Positions 1 to 8,846 of a stretch of 64,000 bases of DNA are shown here, one piece after another (positions within the stretch are counted from its first letter, which is position 1; the number at the start of each line of letters is the position of its first letter). The DNA is from Spirochaetia bacterium. Its GTDB lineage: Bacteria; Spirochaetota; Spirochaetia; WTKD01; G963693115. The translations under genes were made by a program, and so were the position numbers. The notes beneath the pieces were generated by a model that worked only from the letters and a program-made list of their open reading frames with translations, had not been told where the DNA came from and searched no databases. The stretch spans positions 32,001 through 96,000 of the forward strand of contig CBDDCA010000005.1 in assembly GCA_965226055.1 (NCBI GenBank). The letters are read 5' to 3'.

Positions 1-2654
1 TTACTCGTATTAAAATAAGGTACTGTTTTAAGATAGAATATTGAAAAATCATTTGTAGAGAGTAAATCTTCTGTTGTATAGTTGTCATTTGAAAGTTTTA
101 GTTTATCTCTTTCTGTTTCTGTTAAATTCTCATCTCTATTGAGAGTTTTATACTTTAAGTCAAGGGTAATACTATTGCTGAAAACAAAGATGCTTGCAAG
201 AAACTTTAATGAGTGATCTACCTTAAATGAATTATCGGTAGTAAGCAGTCCGTAATTTATAAAAGAGTCTGCAAAAAAATCATATTCTTCTGGGGTATCC
301 CTCTCTTTTGTGTTAACATATAACTGTTCAATTAAAGAGTGAGTGAAAGTGTATTTTAAGCTCCCTGTCACTTCAGAAAAATCATAATCAGGCACTTTCC
401 TTTGATTGATAGTAAGCAACGGATAAGGAAACTGTGTATCATCAATAGAATTGTTTTGTGGTGTATCCTCTGTCTGTGTAGAAGTATCATTGCTATATTC
501 TTCTCCTTCTTCTTCTATACTATACTCATCAGGATTAGTTTCTTCATTGCTAGTATTTGCATTTGCTGTTTCTCTGTTAAAAGTATATTCTAAAAGGGTA
601 CCTGCCATATTCATTTTATAGGAAGGAACATCAATACGTGAAGGATAAAAGAAATATCCTTCAATTTTTTGATCAATGGTGCCTGGCCCTCTTTTATATG
701 CATATGGCTGTGATGATTCTTTAGTAGTTTTTCTATTCCAACTTACTTGAAAACGTAAATCATTTACTGACAATTTTGTAACATAATTGCCTATAATATC
801 TTTACTAAGAGGAACAGAAAGATTACTAGAACTATTCCAATAAAACGAAGAGAGCATTGAAGATCTTTTGTTTAAGTTTTTTTTATCAAAGTTAGGATCA
901 AAGACTTGTTGCCAAGTAAAATCATATTGTCTTATACTAAAATCACGTATAATATATGCGTCAGAATAATGCTTAAATTTTATTGTGTTAGTAATGTATC
1001 TGCTAAAATCAAATGATGTATCTAAGGTAACATGGTATCGAAAAGGAATACGAGTATTAAAAAAATATCCATAATCAGGATTATTCGTCAATGTATTATT
1101 TTCATCTAAATAATAGGTAAAATAATTTTGATCACCTGTTCCCTTAAATATAGACTGAGTAACTGCAAAGCCCGTTTCAAATTCAAGAGACTTAAATATA
1201 CTTGCTTTCGTAAACTTTCCTTTCAAGGCTGCATACGCACCAAGATTAGTATAGTAATCGCCAATAAGACGTAAAACCCAATCTTTAGGAAATGTATATA
1301 CTACATCTCCAGCTTCAGCTTCTTTTAGAAACAGTCCTTTTATTACCTTTTTTTCTGCTTTTTGATTACCAAAATCAAAGATATCTAAAAATGCTTCATT
1401 GGTAATATCTTTTGCAGGATCTCCAAGAAGATAGGTAGTGGTATTTATAAAGGCTCCATTTCGAGAGCTAAACCCTATTGCAGGATGAAAGAAAAATCTA
1501 TCACTTGGATTAAAGAAAAAAGGTATCCACATTACTGGAATATTTCCCATGTATATTACCCCATTCGACATAACCCACTCACTTGGTGCAAGAATCCACA
1601 TTTTTCGCAGTGCAATACGATAGAGAGGACGAGAGCCTTTGTTAGTTGTAAATGATATTTTTTCTGCCACAATTACCTCTTCAACAGAATTGCTAATATG
1701 TGGAGAATAGATAATAAACTGCAATTTTTCCTTTTTATCCCTGTCTTTTCCATACTTCACTTCTTTCTCTGAGCTTGTCGTTCCTAAAATAATATCAGTA
1801 CTAAACTCATCTATATCAAATACCAATACCTGACTTGAAAATGTTTGTACAGGATCCCCAGTGGGAGTGCTCGGTGGCTCAGCAGAGGTATATTCAAACT
1901 CTTCAAAGATAACACTCCCTTCTGCGGTCCCTCTTCGAAGCGTTTCATTGTATGTTATTTTTTCTGCCTGAATTTTATACTGCTTTTTTTCATCTTCCTC
2001 TGTAACAATAATGATAACATTTCCTAATAGCGTAAAAATATCTTCATCAACTTGCTCTAAAGTAAAATACTCAGATTTCTCAGCATTTACTATGACAATC
2101 TCTGATACTTTTGCATCAACAACAGTATTTTTTCTTTCTACTTTTACAAGACTCTCAGGATCGCTTTCTACAGAATACGATTGAGTTTCCTGGGTGCTTG
2201 TACGCGGAGTGGGATCTAATGCAGTACTATCAATACCATAGTACTCTAACAGTCGCTTCTGTTTCTGTTGCTTTGTTCCATCAGAGGATAGCCCAAGACT
2301 TTCTAACCAATAGTATAAATCAAATGTTGTAGATACTCGAATACTCTCGCGAATATTATTTTGCTCATCACGTAATCGTTCTATTTCTTCTTGATCTATT
2401 ACTGGTGTAGATTCAACAATTTCAGCAGTATCAATAGCGTCTGTATCTACAGTTTCCTCACTTACAGTATCAGTAGCTGTATCAAGGTCCTCAGAAGTAC
2501 CTAGAGTTTCTGCATCTGTAGTGTCTGTACCTATAGCGTCTTTATTTACGGTATCAGCAGGAGTCAATGCATTATTACTCTCTTGAGCATATACAATAGA
2601 AATATACTGTGAAGCAATAAGAATAAAGAGAAAAATACTACAATTTTTTATCAT
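1..2654 (-). CDS. lptD: LPS-assembly protein LptD-like outer-membrane beta-barrel (3' end runs off the window)
   Basis: Absent from the ORF track because it has no stop inside the window. ATG at 2654 gives MIKNCSIFLFILIASQYISIVYAQES (signal peptide). Contains YRIALRKMWILAPSEWVMSNGVIYMGNIPVMWIPFFFNPSDRFFFHPAIGFSSRNGAFINTTTYLLG, typical of spirochete LptD. Confidence 0.75.
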   Translation of the reverse strand, partial: MIKNCSIFLFILIASQYISIVYAQESNNALTPADTVNKDAIGTDTTDAETLGTSEDLDTATDTVSEETVDTDAIDTAEIVESTPVIDQEEIERLRDEQNNIRESIRVSTTFDLYYWLESLGLSSDGTKQQKQKRLLEYYGIDSTALDPTPRTSTQETQSYSVESDPESLVKVERKNTVVDAKVSEIVIVNAEKSEYFTLEQVDEDIFTLLGNVIIIVTEEDEKKQYKIQAEKITYNETLRRGTAEGSVIFEEFEYTSAEPPSTPTGDPVQTFSSQVLVFDIDEFSTDIILGTTSSEKEVKYGKDRDKKEKLQFIIYSPHISNSVEEVIVAEKISFTTNKGSRPLYRIALRKMWILAPSEWVMSNGVIYMGNIPVMWIPFFFNPSDRFFFHPAIGFSSRNGAFINTTTYLLGDPAKDITNEAFLDIFDFGNQKAEKKVIKGLFLKEAEAGDVVYTFPKDWVLRLIGDYYTNLGAYAALKGKFTKASIFKSLEFETGFAVTQSIFKGTGDQNYFTYYLDENNTLTNNPDYGYFFNTRIPFRYHVTLDTSFDFSRYITNTIKFKHYSDAYIIRDFSIRQYDFTWQQVFDPNFDKKNLNKRSSMLSSFYWNSSSNLSVPLSKDIIGNYVTKLSVNDLRFQVSWNRKTTKESSQPYAYKRGPGTIDQKIEGYFFYPSRIDVPSYKMNMAGTLLEYTFNRETANANTSNEETNPDEYSIEEEGEEYSNDTSTQTEDTPQNNSIDDTQFPYPLLTINQRKVPDYDFSEVTGSLKYTFTHSLIEQLYVNTKERDTPEEYDFFADSFINYGLLTTDNSFKVDHSLKFLASIFVFSNSITLDLKYKTLNRDENLTETERDKLKLSNDNYTTEDLLSTNDFSIFYLKTVPYFNTS

Positions 2655-2857
2655 GCTGTTATATATGAGTTTAATATATTCCTTACAATTATACATATGC
2701 TTTATACCTATTTAAGAAAACAATAATGTAACACTATATCTTCATATCTTCTATTTACATGGTAGTAAAAAGGGTAATCTTGTATTATTATATATATAAT
2801 ACATGTATTACTCTATTTTTGTATATAATGAAAAGTAATTAGTACGCAGTTTTTACA

Positions 2858-3784
2858 ATGAAACATAACTATTTTAATATTATTTCTATAAATGACTACA
2901 AACGTAAAGATATAGAATATTTTCTTCAAATAATACATAGCTTTGATACAAAAGAGTATGCTACACTATTACATCATTGTATTATAGGAAGCATTTTTTT
3001 AGAAGCATCTACTCGTACTCATCTTTCATTTATATCTGCAGCAAAGCGCTTAGGTGCATCAACTATACGGTTTCCTTCGGCTTTATCAAGTTTTCAGCAT
3101 AAAAAAGAGACATTGTATGATACATTACGGGTAGTTGAGCCATATATAGATCTACTTATACTGAGACATTCACTTGAAGGAAGCGCACGTTTTGCTGCAG
3201 ATATACTGAACATTCCTGTTATCAATGCTGGTGATGGTGCTAATCAACATCCAACACAAACATTTATTGATTTATATACTATACAAAAATACATAGGGAC
3301 CTTAGATTCACTTCATATTGCATTTGTAGGAGATTTACGATTTGGAAGAACAGTGCATTCATTACTAGACGCATTAAAATACTTTCATTGTACAGTATAT
3401 TTTGTTTCTCCTAAAAATCTCACTATCCCGCCTATCTATAAACAAAAACTTGATCTCCACACTATTACTTACACTGAACATGACACGTTATCAGAAATAC
3501 TTCCACATGTTGATATTATGTATATGACACGCTTTCAAAGAGAACGTTTTGTAGATGATGCAGAGTTTGATTTTATAGAGGCTAATTATGCTATACACAG
3601 ATCTTTATTAGAAAAATATGCAAAAAATACATTAAAAATATTACATCCTCTCCCAAGAGGCAACGAAATACCCCGTAGTATAGACAACAGCCCCTATGCT
3701 TTGTATTTTGAACAAGCAAAAAATGGTATTCCAGTACGAAAGGCTTTGCTTGCCATAGCACTTAATGTACTGAACGGAGCGTAA
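2858..3784 (+). CDS. pyrB: Aspartate carbamoyltransferase catalytic subunit
   Basis: FLEASTRT, NAGDGANQHPTQ, GDLRFGRTVHS and HPLPR motifs. Confidence 0.97.
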   Translation: MKHNYFNIISINDYKRKDIEYFLQIIHSFDTKEYATLLHHCIIGSIFLEASTRTHLSFISAAKRLGASTIRFPSALSSFQHKKETLYDTLRVVEPYIDLLILRHSLEGSARFAADILNIPVINAGDGANQHPTQTFIDLYTIQKYIGTLDSLHIAFVGDLRFGRTVHSLLDALKYFHCTVYFVSPKNLTIPPIYKQKLDLHTITYTEHDTLSEILPHVDIMYMTRFQRERFVDDAEFDFIEANYAIHRSLLEKYAKNTLKILHPLPRGNEIPRSIDNSPYALYFEQAKNGIPVRKALLAIALNVLNGA

Positions 3785-3785
3785 T

Positions 3786-4232
3786 ATGCAATTACTCATT
3801 ACATCTATCAAACAAGGGGTAGTAATAGACCATATTCCTGCTCAATATACTCTGGCAGTCATGAATGTGCTACAGTTAAAAGATGCTTCTTCTCCCGTAA
3901 TTATTGCTACAAACCTTGCTAGCAATACACTAGAAAAAAAAGGTATCATAAAAATAGCAAATAGAACTTTTTCACAAGAAGAACTTAATGCTATAGCATT
4001 ACTTGCCTATGGAGCAACACTCAATATTATTGAGGCTCATACAGTTGTAAAAAAAATTACTATTACACTTCCTGATATACTTGAAAAAGTAGCAAAATGT
4101 CCTAACATACGCTGCATAAGCAACTTTGATGTCGATAGTAAGTTTATAAAAATAACACAGGAAGAAATGCAGTGTTACTATTGTGAAAAAAGTTATACCC
4201 GCGAAGATATATCTCCTTATAAAAATAAATGA
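3786..4232 (+). CDS. pyrI: Aspartate carbamoyltransferase regulatory subunit
   Basis: IKQGVVIDHI motif; Zn ligands CPNIRC...CYYCE; directly follows pyrB. Confidence 0.95.
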   Translation: MQLLITSIKQGVVIDHIPAQYTLAVMNVLQLKDASSPVIIATNLASNTLEKKGIIKIANRTFSQEELNAIALLAYGATLNIIEAHTVVKKITITLPDILEKVAKCPNIRCISNFDVDSKFIKITQEEMQCYYCEKSYTREDISPYKNK

Positions 4233-5077
4233 AACAACACACCTATACCGTACTACTGGAACATATACCAGTACAAATATATCAACATACCCATACTGTA
4301 CTACACGAATGTCTCACACAACTATCCACACACATACAAGTATATCCTGACAGTACTAACAGCATACAATACCCTAATACTTTCAACAATGTACAGGTAG
4401 CAGAAAAAGTAAGCAAGCACCTCTTTCAGGTTCACCCGTTCAGTATTATAAAAGTAGACAAGAAACTGCTTCCTACTACACCGTTATCCGCATACTTTCC
4501 CTCTCTCATACGGCTTACTACATTACCTTCACAGATAAAAAATCTTGCTCTGCCATGTATTATATGGCAGATAGAACACAATCATATACTGCTGCTCATC
4601 TCTCATAGACTTGTCACAAGCCGTAACTATACCACAACAGCACTAGAACAGCAAAAGCATATATCACTCTTACTCAATACTAGACAGAAATCAATACCAC
4701 AAAATCATAAACAACCATTACTCATATGTTATATCCATCCTAATGATATATACAGTACTTTAGCGTTACTACAACTACATAAAGATATGTATAACACATA
4801 TACCATTATCATCAGTGACACTATAAACATAGAGAGTATACGAGAATATCACAATATATCTTATCATAAAGAAATACTCGTATCATATTATTTTATTCAA
4901 CAAGCACCTCAACTGATGCATGTATTTGAAACATATAAATTCACCGTACATTTCATACATGATGTACAACATATTATTTGTGGAATAGGCACATGCCGAT
5001 TATGTGTAGAAGTACAAGAAAAGAATAATTACGAAGTATGCAAAAAAGGACTTTTTCAAACATTTCTGTACCGCTGA
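4229..5077 (+). CDS. pyrK: Highly divergent dihydroorotate dehydrogenase electron-transfer subunit (PyrK-like)
   Basis: C-terminal [2Fe-2S] motif CGIGTCRLC...VCKKG; lies directly before a class 1B pyrD; N-terminal FAD/NAD motifs not recognisable. Confidence 0.6.
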   Translation: MKQHTYTVLLEHIPVQIYQHTHTVLHECLTQLSTHIQVYPDSTNSIQYPNTFNNVQVAEKVSKHLFQVHPFSIIKVDKKLLPTTPLSAYFPSLIRLTTLPSQIKNLALPCIIWQIEHNHILLLISHRLVTSRNYTTTALEQQKHISLLLNTRQKSIPQNHKQPLLICYIHPNDIYSTLALLQLHKDMYNTYTIIISDTINIESIREYHNISYHKEILVSYYFIQQAPQLMHVFETYKFTVHFIHDVQHIICGIGTCRLCVEVQEKNNYEVCKKGLFQTFLYR

Positions 5078-6042
5078 TGATACACGATACCCTTGCTACA
5101 CCTACATATTTACACACTCAACTTGATACTGTATTACTCAAAAGTCCCTTTCTTAATGCATCAGGACCATTAGGATGGTTTTTTGAAAGTCATGCCATTA
5201 TGGATTATCATCACTTGGGAGCATTTGTCCTCAAAGGATTAACTAAACACAAAAGAAAAGGAAACGAAGGAACACGCGTACACATACTTCCTTTTGGAAT
5301 AATAAATACAGTAGGACTTGAAAATCCAGGCGTTCATACTTTTTTACGCTACCACTATCCTACTATTAAGCATACATCAAACAATGCTCATACCTTTATT
5401 GCAAATATAAACGGTACTACAAAGCAAGAATATGAATATATAGCACAACAGTTAGATAAAGCAGATAGTATACAAGGCATAGAAATAAACCTGTCTTGTC
5501 CTAATATAAAGAACGGGGGGCTTCATTTTATCAATGATCATACTGCAGTAAAACACATAGTACAAGCAGTACGAAACAGCACAAACAAAATGCTCACTGT
5601 AAAAATACCGTATATTGAAAACAAAACAACATTAAAACATCTTGTGAAAATAATACAAGATAACGGAATAAACAGCATATCAGCAATAAATACTATATCC
5701 ACTGAAGCTCCCACGTTTTCTCATATACAAGATATACATGCTATCACCAACACAATAAAAGGAGGACTCTCAGGGGCATATATTACACAGTATGCATTAG
5801 ATACTATACGAACAATTCGCTCGTACAGCACTATCCCTATTATTGGTTCTGGCGGAATTACACACTTTAGTGATGTGCTACAATTTTTTAAGGCAGGGGC
5901 ACATGCAGTAGCAATAGGCACAGCAGCGTTATACGATCATCATATATTCACAGATATGTTCAATACAGCACTCACATGCATGAAACAGAATCATCTCACA
6001 AGTATAGAAGAATTATACAGCTTTGCTAAAGCTATACTATAA
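5038..6042 (+). CDS. pyrD: Dihydroorotate dehydrogenase, class 1B catalytic subunit
   Basis: NASG, NTVGLENPG, EINLSCPN (catalytic Cys), GGLSG and IIGSGGI motifs. Confidence 0.95.
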   Translation: MQKRTFSNISVPLMIHDTLATPTYLHTQLDTVLLKSPFLNASGPLGWFFESHAIMDYHHLGAFVLKGLTKHKRKGNEGTRVHILPFGIINTVGLENPGVHTFLRYHYPTIKHTSNNAHTFIANINGTTKQEYEYIAQQLDKADSIQGIEINLSCPNIKNGGLHFINDHTAVKHIVQAVRNSTNKMLTVKIPYIENKTTLKHLVKIIQDNGINSISAINTISTEAPTFSHIQDIHAITNTIKGGLSGAYITQYALDTIRTIRSYSTIPIIGSGGITHFSDVLQFFKAGAHAVAIGTAALYDHHIFTDMFNTALTCMKQNHLTSIEELYSFAKAIL

Positions 6043-6050
6043 TATCAATA

Positions 6051-6794
6051 ATGATCTGTATAGTTGCCCTTGATTACAAAGATAAAGAGAAAGCTCTAAA
6101 AATAGTTGATATGCTTGGAGAAACTATAGAACACTATAAAGTTGGGCTTGAACTTTTTTTATACTCTGGTATATCAATAGTACAAGAACTACACAAAAAG
6201 AATAAACATGTCTTCCTTGATTTGAAATTACATGATATCACCAATACTATGCAGCAAGCAATGCGCTACATATTTGAACAAAATGTTTTTATGACTACTG
6301 TACATATTAGTGCAGGAGAAAAAAGCCTGAGAACATTACAAAGTTTAAAAGAAACATACGCATCAAATACAAACATACTTGGAGTATCGGTACTTACTCA
6401 CCTTGATACTACCGATGTTTATAGTATCTATAACACTCACAATACTGCACAGCAAGTGCTACAGCTTAGCTCTATTGCACATACAGCAGGAATAGACGGT
6501 ATAGTGTGTTCAGTACACGAATCACAGACAACATACAAACATTATCCTCATCTTATCAAAGTATGTCCTGGCATTCAATATCTTCCTCCCACAACACACG
6601 AGTTCTCTACAACACATACACGCAGCACAGATCAAAAACGAGTAGGCAGCCCCTATGACGCAGTAATGGCACACGCAGAGTACATAGTAGTAGGAAGAAG
6701 CATAACACAAGCAAAGCATCCACTTGCAGTAACACAGCACATACTACAGGAAATCAAACACGCAGAAGCACAAAAAGGTACACATACAGAATGA
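6051..6794 (+). CDS. pyrF: Orotidine-5'-phosphate decarboxylase
   Basis: VALD, KVG, FLDLKLHDITNT, DQKR and VVGRSI motifs. Confidence 0.96.
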   Translation: MICIVALDYKDKEKALKIVDMLGETIEHYKVGLELFLYSGISIVQELHKKNKHVFLDLKLHDITNTMQQAMRYIFEQNVFMTTVHISAGEKSLRTLQSLKETYASNTNILGVSVLTHLDTTDVYSIYNTHNTAQQVLQLSSIAHTAGIDGIVCSVHESQTTYKHYPHLIKVCPGIQYLPPTTHEFSTTHTRSTDQKRVGSPYDAVMAHAEYIVVGRSITQAKHPLAVTQHILQEIKHAEAQKGTHTE

Positions 6795-8143
6795 ATAGAT
6801 TAATTATTACAGGAGTACTGCTTGATACAAAAGAAAAGGGGTTTGTTGAGCAAAATATACACATATATAATAAAAAAATAGAATATATCTCAAGCGAAGC
6901 ACCTGATAACATAGATAAAAAGCATATTCCAATTATTGATGGTAAACACTATATGGCAATTCCAGGCATGATAGATGTTCATACCCATGTACGAGAACCC
7001 GGACTCTGTTATAAAGAAAATTTTCGATCAGCCTCTATGGCTGCTGCTGCAGGAGGAGTTACTACTTTTTTCGATATGCCTAATACTCTACCAGCTACGA
7101 CAACATATCAGCGTCTTTTAGAAAAACAAACAATGGCACAAACATCTATCGTAGATTATAACATGCATTTTGGTGCTTCTGAAAATTCTTCTAAAAATTC
7201 TTACAGCAAAGAAATACAAACATGTATTAAACAACACTCACAAGGAAAGGCGCTTCCTCCATCAGTAAAAATTTTTTTGAATGAAACTACTGGAAACTTA
7301 ACAATTACATCACAAGAAATATTAGAAGAGATAGTACAGCATGCATGGTTTATTACTGCTCATGCTGAAGAAGAAAAAGTAGAAACAATCATATCTCTTA
7401 CTCAAAAATACAATACCCCACTATATCTTGTACATATATCAAGAAAAAGTGAAATTGACTATATTAAATCTATAAAGCAACACAAAGTACCTCATTCATC
7501 TCCTATATATGTAGAAGTATGCCCTCATCACCTTGCATACACTCAAGACGATATACAGCAAAACCCATTGTTAACGATGAAACCGCCTTTACAGACGAAA
7601 CAAGATCGTGAAGCTCTGTGGGATGCCATTATCAATAATATGGTAGACAGCATAGGATCTGACCATGCTCCTCACAGTGTAGCCGAAAAAAAACACGCAT
7701 TACACCATAACACAGCAATATATGGAGTACCTGGACTTGAAACATCATTACTATACCTGCTGGATGCTGCCCATAAAGGAATACTCAGCATGCAGAAAAT
7801 AATGGCTCTTTGCTCTCACAATCCAGCAAATATATTTGCTATCAAACACAAAGGAAAGATTGAAGTAGGGTATGATGCTGATATAGTACTAGCAAAAATA
7901 CAGAATGCAAGCACCCAATACACACATGATCTCGTCATCAGTAAAGCTCATTGGTCAATTTTCAATGATACGCTATTTTATGCTAGTATAGGAGCAACAA
8001 TAAGCAACGGTACTCCTGTGTTTTTATCACATGATATATATAAAAAATATTATAATGCAAAAAAGCATACTATCCTTCAATCAAATGCACGAGGACATAT
8101 ACTTTTCAGTCAAGGAAAAGAGGTAACATGCCATGATAAGTAA
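6791..8143 (+). CDS. pyrC: Dihydroorotase
   Basis: PGMIDVHTHVREPG, DMPNT, EVCPHHL, MKPPL and GSDHAPH motifs. Confidence 0.93.
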   Translation: MNRLIITGVLLDTKEKGFVEQNIHIYNKKIEYISSEAPDNIDKKHIPIIDGKHYMAIPGMIDVHTHVREPGLCYKENFRSASMAAAAGGVTTFFDMPNTLPATTTYQRLLEKQTMAQTSIVDYNMHFGASENSSKNSYSKEIQTCIKQHSQGKALPPSVKIFLNETTGNLTITSQEILEEIVQHAWFITAHAEEEKVETIISLTQKYNTPLYLVHISRKSEIDYIKSIKQHKVPHSSPIYVEVCPHHLAYTQDDIQQNPLLTMKPPLQTKQDREALWDAIINNMVDSIGSDHAPHSVAEKKHALHHNTAIYGVPGLETSLLYLLDAAHKGILSMQKIMALCSHNPANIFAIKHKGKIEVGYDADIVLAKIQNASTQYTHDLVISKAHWSIFNDTLFYASIGATISNGTPVFLSHDIYKKYYNAKKHTILQSNARGHILFSQGKEVTCHDK

Positions 8144-8846
8144 CCGCGATTATTGTACTATATTACTTTCAACAAAAGCAGTACTGTTTAATTTTGAAAC
8201 ACCTTTTGAGTTTGCATCAGGCTTAAAAAGTCCTATATACTGTGATAACAGAATAGTACTAAGCAATGCAGAAATTCGAAAAAAAATAGCACACAGTCTT
8301 CACAGTATTATACATATATTAGAAACGCACCCTAAAACAATAGAAGAAACAACTGATTATATGTATAAACACTATGATCAATATATCAATAGTACTATTG
8401 ATACTATTGTAGGGGTTGCTACCGCAGGCATTCCTTGGGCAACACTGTGTGCCAACAGCCTCGACAAACCACTTAGCTATGCACGTTCAACAAGCAAAGG
8501 GCATGGCAAAAAATCTCAGTTTGAAGGAGCAACTGTTACCAACAAATCTGTCATTGTTATCGAAGATGTCATAAGCAGTGCCACAAGTGCTGTAACAGTA
8601 GTAGAAGCATGTAGGAAACAAAATGCCACTGTTACAGCAGTAGTATCTCTTTTTACATATAATTTTACCCATAGCAAAGAAACATTTTCTCAAGCAAAAT
8701 GTCCCCATCTATCCATTGCCTCATTTGAAACACTTGCAAAAACAGCATTGGACACCCACTATATTACACAAACACAGTATACACAACTACAAGAATGGCA
8801 TAGCAATGTTAATGCTTTACATTCCGAAAATCCAAATACTCCTTAA
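8133..8846 (+). CDS. pyrE: Orotate phosphoribosyltransferase
   Basis: ASGLKSPIYCDNR, GVATAGIP, KGHG and VIEDVISS (PRPP loop). Confidence 0.95.
   Translation: MISNRDYCTILLSTKAVLFNFETPFEFASGLKSPIYCDNRIVLSNAEIRKKIAHSLHSIIHILETHPKTIEETTDYMYKHYDQYINSTIDTIVGVATAGIPWATLCANSLDKPLSYARSTSKGHGKKSQFEGATVTNKSVIVIEDVISSATSAVTVVEACRKQNATVTAVVSLFTYNFTHSKETFSQAKCPHLSIASFETLAKTALDTHYITQTQYTQLQEWHSNVNALHSENPNTP

Noticed and set aside
402-2332. Small + strand ORFs at the window start
   Set aside because: They lie antisense to the long lptD-like frame that the ORF track missed because it has no stop inside the window
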